A DNA stretch of 64,000 nucleotides from Reclinomonas americana ATCC 50394. Taxonomy: Eukaryota. This document shows, piece after piece, positions 57,722 through 64,000 of the stretch. The notes beneath the pieces are model-generated. The model was not told the DNA's origin. It ran no database searches and saw only the letters and a program-made list of their open reading frames with translations. Position 1 is the first letter of the stretch. Every line of letters starts with the position of its first letter. Position numbers and translations under genes: made by a program. The DNA lies in assembly GCA_048213135.1 (NCBI GenBank), contig PS015009.1, forward strand, positions 434,001 through 498,000, written 5' to 3'.

Positions 57722-59929
57722 ATGATAAGAAGGGCAGTACGAATTATATCCGTGATACTGGGGCTGACGCTCCCTGTACCTCTTTTTGCCCAGTTTAAAC
57801 TGAAGGGGGTTATCCGTAACGCGGACCTTAAACCCGTGGCGAACGCGAAAGTATATTTCAAGGAAGATTTTGAATTTGTATACTCCGATGTCAACGGCAA
57901 TTTTCAGTTGCCGCTTACCGACACCGGCAATTTCATCATTGTGGCCGAGCTATCGCCCTATCCTCCCGCCGAAGCGGATATTACCATAAAGGAACTGACC
58001 CGTGATCTTTCCGTTACCCTTTCGCTGAGTCAGAAGTCAGGAAGCGTTCTGAAGAATGTTACCGTTAAAGCCGCGGTACTGAGTGCTACGAATGACAAGG
58101 CCCGGTCGGAACTGTTTGCCAAGATCGATATACTGACCACGGCAGGTTCCAATGCCGATATTACCTCTGCCTTTAAAACCCTGCCGGGTACCCAGCAGGC
58201 CGTTTCGGAAGACGGGTTATTTGTAAGGGGTGGCCAGGGATCTGAAACACAACCTTATATTGACGGACTACGCACGCCGAATTTTTATTACAGCGGCGCA
58301 CCCGACATTTCCCACCGGGGTCGTTTCCCGCCCTCACTTTTTAAAGGTTCTTTCTTCGCCAGTGGTGGCTATTCAGCGCAATATGGACAGGCATTGTCAT
58401 CCGTTATCGTACTGGAAACGGAAGGATTGCCTGCCAGCAGTTCTATAGACTTTAACATTGGTACGGTAGGCGCCGGCGCTTCGGCCAATATGTTGTCGAA
58501 GAATGGCCGCTCGTCGTACGGAGGGTCGATCAGTTATCTTAACCTGCGGCCTTACTACAGTATCATTAAACAGGCATACGATTTTGAAGAGCCGCCTTAC
58601 TTCCTCGATGGCAGTATTTTCTTCAGGATCAAGACAGGGAAAAAAGGCCTGCTCAAATTGTACAGCAGCCTGTCGCAAAGTGACCTGTCCCTGTTCCGGC
58701 AAAATATAGATTATGATTACCGGCAGGATTACTACAGGTTACGTAACAAAAACAGCTACAGCAATATTTCCTATACATCGGCACTCAGCAACAACTGGTC
58801 GCTGGAGTCGGGTGGTGCATGGGGACAGAACAGGGATATTTTCAGGCTGGGCCAGGTGGACTCTGCCACCACTTCGCGGTACAAAGACAGTTCGGTAATG
58901 AATTACTCGCTCCAGGGAAGGATCGCACTGAAAAAAAGATTCGACAATAAATTATCGCTGCTTACCGGCACAGAGTACCAGTACTATTATAAAAAATTCG
59001 ACAAGAGCAGTGTATTGAGTACGGCGCATGCCAGTTTCTCTGACAACTACGCCGCCTTGTTTGCTGAAATGAATTATGAAATAGCCGATAAGCTGAACGC
59101 AAGGCTGGGTGTAAGAGGTGAATATTCATCGATCCTCAACAGGCTTGTCGCCGCCCCGCGTGCCATGGTGGATTACAATTTTTATAAAAACTACCACCTT
59201 AACTTTTCTTACGGGCAGTTTTACCAGAAGCCCGAAGAGGACATGTTCTTCTTCAAACAGGATATGCGTTTCCTGAAATCGACCCATTATATCCTGGGTC
59301 TGCAAAAACTGAAAACGAATTCCTATACGCTCCGCGTGGAAGCGTATTACAAGAAATATGACCGGCTTACCCTGTTCACCCCAGACACCACGCAGGATGG
59401 GTACGGCTATGCCAGGGGGATCGAGTTTTTCTGGCGTAAAAAGATCAATGAGAAGAGTATGGAATACTGGATATCCTACTCTTACCTGGATTCAAAAAGA
59501 AAGTTCTGGTATTATCCTGTGTATACACAGCCTGGCTTTGTTTCCAATCACGCCATGTCGCTTGTGTTCAAACGTTATTTCAGTAAGATCAGTACACATA
59601 TCGCAGCGTCCTATTCTTTTGAATCGGGCAAACCTTATTATAACCCGTTGCGCTCCACATCTGAATACCTGGAAGACCGCACCAGCAGCTACCGCAACCT
59701 GAACCTGAGCGTAGCCTATGTAAGAAATATTAAGAAAGTGTATTCCATATTCGTAGTAACAGTAAGTAATGTGCTGAATGACAAACAGGTTTTTGGATAC
59801 CGGTATTCCTCCGTCGACATCAACAAAAGACAGGAGGTCAAACCGCTGGCCGGCAGGTTCATATTTATAGGCGCATTTTTCAGCATTGGGATCGACAGAA
59901 CGGAAGACGCCTTTAACAGGTCACTATAA
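57722..59929 (+). CDS. TonB-dependent receptor with N-terminal carboxypeptidase-regulatory-like domain
   Basis: Signal peptide from ATG 57722; plug motifs LPG...LFVRGG...IDG and GGYSAQYGQALSSVI; beta-barrel-like C-terminal half. Confidence 0.82.
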   Translation: MIRRAVRIISVILGLTLPVPLFAQFKLKGVIRNADLKPVANAKVYFKEDFEFVYSDVNGNFQLPLTDTGNFIIVAELSPYPPAEADITIKELTRDLSVTLSLSQKSGSVLKNVTVKAAVLSATNDKARSELFAKIDILTTAGSNADITSAFKTLPGTQQAVSEDGLFVRGGQGSETQPYIDGLRTPNFYYSGAPDISHRGRFPPSLFKGSFFASGGYSAQYGQALSSVIVLETEGLPASSSIDFNIGTVGAGASANMLSKNGRSSYGGSISYLNLRPYYSIIKQAYDFEEPPYFLDGSIFFRIKTGKKGLLKLYSSLSQSDLSLFRQNIDYDYRQDYYRLRNKNSYSNISYTSALSNNWSLESGGAWGQNRDIFRLGQVDSATTSRYKDSSVMNYSLQGRIALKKRFDNKLSLLTGTEYQYYYKKFDKSSVLSTAHASFSDNYAALFAEMNYEIADKLNARLGVRGEYSSILNRLVAAPRAMVDYNFYKNYHLNFSYGQFYQKPEEDMFFFKQDMRFLKSTHYILGLQKLKTNSYTLRVEAYYKKYDRLTLFTPDTTQDGYGYARGIEFFWRKKINEKSMEYWISYSYLDSKRKFWYYPVYTQPGFVSNHAMSLVFKRYFSKISTHIAASYSFESGKPYYNPLRSTSEYLEDRTSSYRNLNLSVAYVRNIKKVYSIFVVTVSNVLNDKQVFGYRYSSVDINKRQEVKPLAGRFIFIGAFFSIGIDRTEDAFNRSL

Positions 59930-59958
59930 AATATTTTATTAAAACAAATAATACGACT

Positions 59959-60621
59959 ATGAAAATGATGAAACTAATCGGGTTGGGTTTATTGATCGCG
60001 GCCATCCCTTTTGCATCGGAAGCGCAAAACAAAAAAGAGGCCAAATACCTGGCTGCTATGAAAAGCGCTGTAGCCATTGTGGACACCTGCGAAACCAAAG
60101 AAGTATTTCTTGGCGTGCAGGAAAAATTCAGCCATATCGCTTCACAGAGAAAGACCGACTGGCTGCCTTACTATTATATCGCCTTCTGTTATACACATGT
60201 CGCCATGATGAACAAGGTACCCGACAGTATTGAATATTACACCCAGCTGGCCGACCAGGCCATCACCATGTCGGATTCGCTGAATAAAAAGAACGCTGAA
60301 CTGTATTGCCTGAAAGCATTGAATACCATCGCTAAAATAGATGTTGATTTTATGAAAAGGGGTTTGCAGTATTCTTCGCTGGCCAATAAAATGCTCGACG
60401 AAGCACAAAAGATCGACTCGGCAAACCCACGGGTGTATTACCTGAAAGGCAGGTTCCTGTATGGCCGGCCGGTACAGTTTGGCGGTGGTAAAAAAGCGGC
60501 GAAGCCCTGGTTTGAAAAAGCCGTGGCCGCTTATACCGCTCACAACGACCGCACCAGCATTTACCCGCACTGGGGCGATAACCTCGCCAACAGGTTACTG
60601 CTCGCCTGCAAAGAAGATTGA
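59959..60621 (+). CDS. Secreted TPR-like helical protein
   Basis: Signal peptide; WLPYYY, NPRVYYLKG...FGGGK..A and PHWG motifs, typical of partners of this receptor type. Confidence 0.7.
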   Translation: MKMMKLIGLGLLIAAIPFASEAQNKKEAKYLAAMKSAVAIVDTCETKEVFLGVQEKFSHIASQRKTDWLPYYYIAFCYTHVAMMNKVPDSIEYYTQLADQAITMSDSLNKKNAELYCLKALNTIAKIDVDFMKRGLQYSSLANKMLDEAQKIDSANPRVYYLKGRFLYGRPVQFGGGKKAAKPWFEKAVAAYTAHNDRTSIYPHWGDNLANRLLLACKED

Positions 60622-60643
60622 TAACAGATAAACCGTTCAGAAG

Positions 60644-61639
60644 ATGATCCGATCAATGAAATTTTTTAAGACCGGCGAACCAACCGATGTTCTTTCTTTT
60701 GAAGATCATGAACTTGTTCCGCTGGAAGATATTGAAGTAAGGGTACGCGTCCGCTACAGCAATATCAATTATTCCGACCTGGTGGTGGTGAGGGGGCAGT
60801 ATGGCTACCTGCTCGATCTTCCGGCCGTAGCCGGTGCTGAAGGTGTGGGCACTATCATTGCAACCGGCAAGGCCGTAACAGAGTTTGCCGTTGGTGACCG
60901 GGTAACTTTTCACAGTTCCGCCGGTGGCGCCTGGGCAGAAGAGATTAACCTGCACCAGAAACACGTAGTGAAAGTTCCCGAAAAAATGAGCGATGAAGTA
61001 GCCGCACAGTTCTTTACCAATCCCATTGCGGCAGTGGCTATGCTGGATGAGGCGAATGTTCAAAGCGGGGACACCATACTGGTAACCGCGGCAGGATCAT
61101 CATTGGGTAAACTGCTCATCCAGTTCGCCCAACGAAGGGGCATTGCCGTTATTGCCGTAACCCGTACCGATGATCTTACAGAATACCTGCTGGAACTGGG
61201 CGCCAAAGCCGTGATCAATTCTGAGAAAGAGAACCTGAGCATAAGGGTAAAAGAGCTTACCGATAACCAGGGTGTACAATTCATTTTTGATGCCGTATCG
61301 GGTAAACTGGCCAACCAGCTGATGTACTGCATGGCTGAAGGCGGCAGGTATATTCTTATCGGCGCCCTGAGTGCGGAAAGGATACCGCTGAACTCCAGCC
61401 TCATCATTGCCAGGAACATCATCATCGATTCCTTCTGGGCACATCGCTGGTACCTGAAGCAGTATCGCGTTTCCCCGGAGCAGCACCGCGAACTCCGCAA
61501 AAAAGTGATACAGGATATGGCCGACTGGGATATACAATTGCCGGTTGATAAAATATACCCGCTCAGCGATACGGTTGAGGCCCTGCGGCATTTTCAGCAA
61601 AGCGGACGGGCGGGCAAAATACTGATCAGCTGCACCTGA
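60644..61639 (+). CDS. MDR-superfamily oxidoreductase (enoyl-thioester reductase-like)
   Basis: INYSD, GAEGVG, VGDRV, TAAGSSLG and GKIL motifs. Confidence 0.82.
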   Translation: MIRSMKFFKTGEPTDVLSFEDHELVPLEDIEVRVRVRYSNINYSDLVVVRGQYGYLLDLPAVAGAEGVGTIIATGKAVTEFAVGDRVTFHSSAGGAWAEEINLHQKHVVKVPEKMSDEVAAQFFTNPIAAVAMLDEANVQSGDTILVTAAGSSLGKLLIQFAQRRGIAVIAVTRTDDLTEYLLELGAKAVINSEKENLSIRVKELTDNQGVQFIFDAVSGKLANQLMYCMAEGGRYILIGALSAERIPLNSSLIIARNIIIDSFWAHRWYLKQYRVSPEQHRELRKKVIQDMADWDIQLPVDKIYPLSDTVEALRHFQQSGRAGKILISCT

Positions 61640-61669
61640 AGGTCAGCTGTACCGAACTAAAATGAATTT

Positions 61670-62416
61670 ATGAAACTGAACGATATTATATATGCGCTGG
61701 CAACAGATACGGTGACACTGGCCCTGTTTTTAGCCGTTGTTTTTTTCTTCCGGAAACAGGTGGTAAAACCCGCCATGCTGCTGCATTTTATTATAGCTTT
61801 TTATATCATCGAAACCTTATCATTCCTCGGCACATTGCTGCAGGTACAATTGTTTCCATCGCTCGAATACAGCTGGGTAAGCAAACTAGTAACGCTTATC
61901 TCCGTGCTGGTGGTTTACAGGATATGGTTTCCCGGCCTTTTCAGGCAATTCGGGTTTACAGCCCCCGGGAATAAGGAATACCTGAGGTGGGGTATTATCC
62001 TGGTGGCCGGATTGATCGCTTTCAAATTCACGACCAACTATCTCAGTTCCGACATCGAAAAAATAACAACAGAGAATATCATCTACCAGGCTACACTGCC
62101 CGGTATACAGGAGGAGGTCATATTCCGGGGACTTTACCTGGCCCTGCTGGTCAATGCTTTTTCTGAAAGCAGCCAATCATTTCTCCGCGGAACAGGTGTT
62201 TATGGTGTACTGCTCATCCTGCTGTTCGCCCTCGTACACGCTGTGGAGATCGGTAACGGGTTTAAGTTTCATTTTAATGTGGTACTGTTTTTCTCTTCCG
62301 CGCTGGCCGGTTGGGTGTATACCTGGTTACGACAACGCAGCGGATCACTGGTACCGCCAATCATCGGTCATAATCTTACGAACCTGTCCATCAGCATAGC
62401 CCAACTGCTCAAATGA
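61670..62416 (+). CDS. CPBP family intramembrane metalloprotease (CAAX/Abi)
   Basis: EEVIFRG, FALVH and HNLTN motifs; multiple TM helices. Confidence 0.88.
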   Translation: MKLNDIIYALATDTVTLALFLAVVFFFRKQVVKPAMLLHFIIAFYIIETLSFLGTLLQVQLFPSLEYSWVSKLVTLISVLVVYRIWFPGLFRQFGFTAPGNKEYLRWGIILVAGLIAFKFTTNYLSSDIEKITTENIIYQATLPGIQEEVIFRGLYLALLVNAFSESSQSFLRGTGVYGVLLILLFALVHAVEIGNGFKFHFNVVLFFSSALAGWVYTWLRQRSGSLVPPIIGHNLTNLSISIAQLLK

Positions 62417-64000
62417 AGGAGAACAGCACATATGAACATTTTGATTTCGCGGTGCTGAGAACCCCGTTGCTTCCGATGTATACGGCAGTGAACGGGAAAA
62501 AACGGTTGTTTATTTCCGATTCGGATGATTATGCTACCTTATTCAGTAAATTATCATCCCCTCACTTTGAAGAAGCATTGCTCATCTCTTCATCTGACCT
62601 GTACCAGGAATACCTGAAAATAAAATCCGAAGGCGTTAACGAGGAAAATAAAAGTGCTCTGCGTAAACTGATCTGTTATTTCCTCCGCATGTCGGCACGG
62701 GCCACCCCTTATGGTATATCTGCCGGTGTTTCGGCGCTGACCATTAGCGACCAGACCTCAATCCGGATCGGCAATATGGAGGAGCACCGGAAAAAAGCCA
62801 GCATCAACTTCGATTACATCACGGGCAAAATGAAAGGGTTGATGAAAGAGGAGGCTTTTGTAAAAAAGCAGACCTACTATGCCAACAATACCGTTTACGT
62901 CAACTTTAATGGCATACACTTTAACCGCATCAACCTCCCACCCTATACACAATCCGTAATCGGTTACTCACAGCTGATCATGGACCTCCTCGGTTTTGCA
63001 AAGCATGGCAAACATTTCGATGAGCTGGTCGGCTATATCACCACTGCCCTGCAGCAACCGGCCGACGCAGCAGCAGCTTTCATTATTAAACTGGTCTCGA
63101 TTGAACTGCTGACGCCGGATATTCTGCCTTCGCTTTTTTCAAAAGACATCAATGGCGCTTTCTGGGGCAAACTGAATAACGCCGCATCATTGAATGGATT
63201 GGGTAAAGTTGCCCTGCAAATGGAAACAATCAAACAGGAAAGTATCGGCAACAGCATCGGCACGTTCAAAGACATCACCGAATCTCTTTCACTTGAAGGC
63301 ATAAATAATTACCTGCATTTTACATCTGCCTATTGCCTGGAAGATAACCGGGTTGATGCCCGTGTCGCAAATGATATCAGCAACCTGCTTGTTTTTCTTT
63401 GTAAACTGCGCGGGCAGAAAGGCAATGCCTACCTCCGGCAGTTCACCCGGCAGTTTGAGGAACGCTATGGCGATAAACAGGTATTGCTCGCCGAAGCGCT
63501 TAATGAACGTACGGGTATCGGCTATCCTCCGAGGGCAACACCGTTCATTAAAAATGATATTACCCTTGCTTTAAAGAATATCGATTTCCTGCAATCTCCC
63601 GATGGTCACCAGTGGGACAACTTCATCATCTACCTGCTCAACCGGCGGCGTTCGGTTAACAGTAAGGAGATCATACTTACAGAAGAGGACCTCAGTCTTT
63701 ACAATTGCGGATTAGCGGAAGAGGACCTCAGCAGTTCCCTTTACTGTACGTTCGGACTTATTTCAGAAAAAGAAACAGGCACAAAGGATGGCGAATACCT
63801 CATTGACTTTATGTATGCCGGCGGACCTTCCTGTATCAATTCACTTAACCGGTTTTCGGGATTGGGTGAAGAACTGGGAAGGAATATCGCGGCCTGCGCA
63901 CAGTGGGAGAATGATTATTATAAAGACCAGGGCATTAATCTGGCGGAGATCAATTTCCTGCCCCGCAATGGCATTGCCGGTAATATACTGCAACGCGGCA
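62413..64000 (+). CDS. lanB: Lantibiotic dehydratase (LanB, glutamylation domain), truncated by the window end; not in the ORF track
   Basis: Hand translation of segments in one frame: FAVLRTPLLP, FEEALLISSSDLY, YFLRMSARATPYGISAG, FEERYGDKQVLLAEALNERTGIGY, AEINFLP...GNILQR; ATGA overlap with the CPBP gene. Confidence 0.88.
   Translation, partial: MKENSTYEHFDFAVLRTPLLPMYTAVNGKKRLFISDSDDYATLFSKLSSPHFEEALLISSSDLYQEYLKIKSEGVNEENKSALRKLICYFLRMSARATPYGISAGVSALTISDQTSIRIGNMEEHRKKASINFDYITGKMKGLMKEEAFVKKQTYYANNTVYVNFNGIHFNRINLPPYTQSVIGYSQLIMDLLGFAKHGKHFDELVGYITTALQQPADAAAAFIIKLVSIELLTPDILPSLFSKDINGAFWGKLNNAASLNGLGKVALQMETIKQESIGNSIGTFKDITESLSLEGINNYLHFTSAYCLEDNRVDARVANDISNLLVFLCKLRGQKGNAYLRQFTRQFEERYGDKQVLLAEALNERTGIGYPPRATPFIKNDITLALKNIDFLQSPDGHQWDNFIIYLLNRRRSVNSKEIILTEEDLSLYNCGLAEEDLSSSLYCTFGLISEKETGTKDGEYLIDFMYAGGPSCINSLNRFSGLGEELGRNIAACAQWENDYYKDQGINLAEINFLPRNGIAGNILQRG

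Noticed and set aside
883-63574. Numerous antisense or alternate-frame ORFs in the track (e.g. 3822-4646, 20985-21821, 43904-44812, 50910-51779)
   Set aside because: They overlap well-supported genes and show no recognisable motifs; treated as shadow ORFs.

Overview
Chromosomal segment of a Bacteroidota bacterium, probably Chitinophagaceae. The basis is gldJ, porV, a T9SS C-terminal-domain protein, bshA and TAnnTTTG promoter elements. 1-16.3 kb and 33.3-46.7 kb are mostly housekeeping (mpg, bshA, envC-like, dut, ispF, porV, gldJ, murF, tRNA-Ser, tatD, gltX, two GH29 fucosidases, fumC). 16.3-33.3 kb is an accessory block ending at tRNA-Ser(GGA). It holds a 2.9-kaa cyclic beta-1,2-glucan synthase with small stress-type genes, an AT-rich SIR2-NTPase-helical repeat-cold-shock-domain putative defence gene, an XRE regulator and a 17 x 22-bp tandem array. 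The standout is 47.1 kb to the window end, a co-directional hybrid RiPP / fatty-acid(type II PKS-like) cluster. It has three near-identical 55-56 aa precursors at exact 250-bp spacing (the first is missing from the ORF track), a radical SAM/SPASM enzyme and a full acyl-chain toolkit (FabG, FabF, non-catalytic KS, ACP, FabZ, AMP ligase, PPTase, MDR reductase). It also has an LpxL-type acyltransferase with an apparent RiPP-recognition element, a TonB-dependent receptor, a CPBP protease and a LanB dehydratase that runs off the window (also missing from the ORF track). The predicted product is a lipidated, dehydrated, possibly thioether-crosslinked peptide. All calls come from reading motifs by eye; no searches were run.
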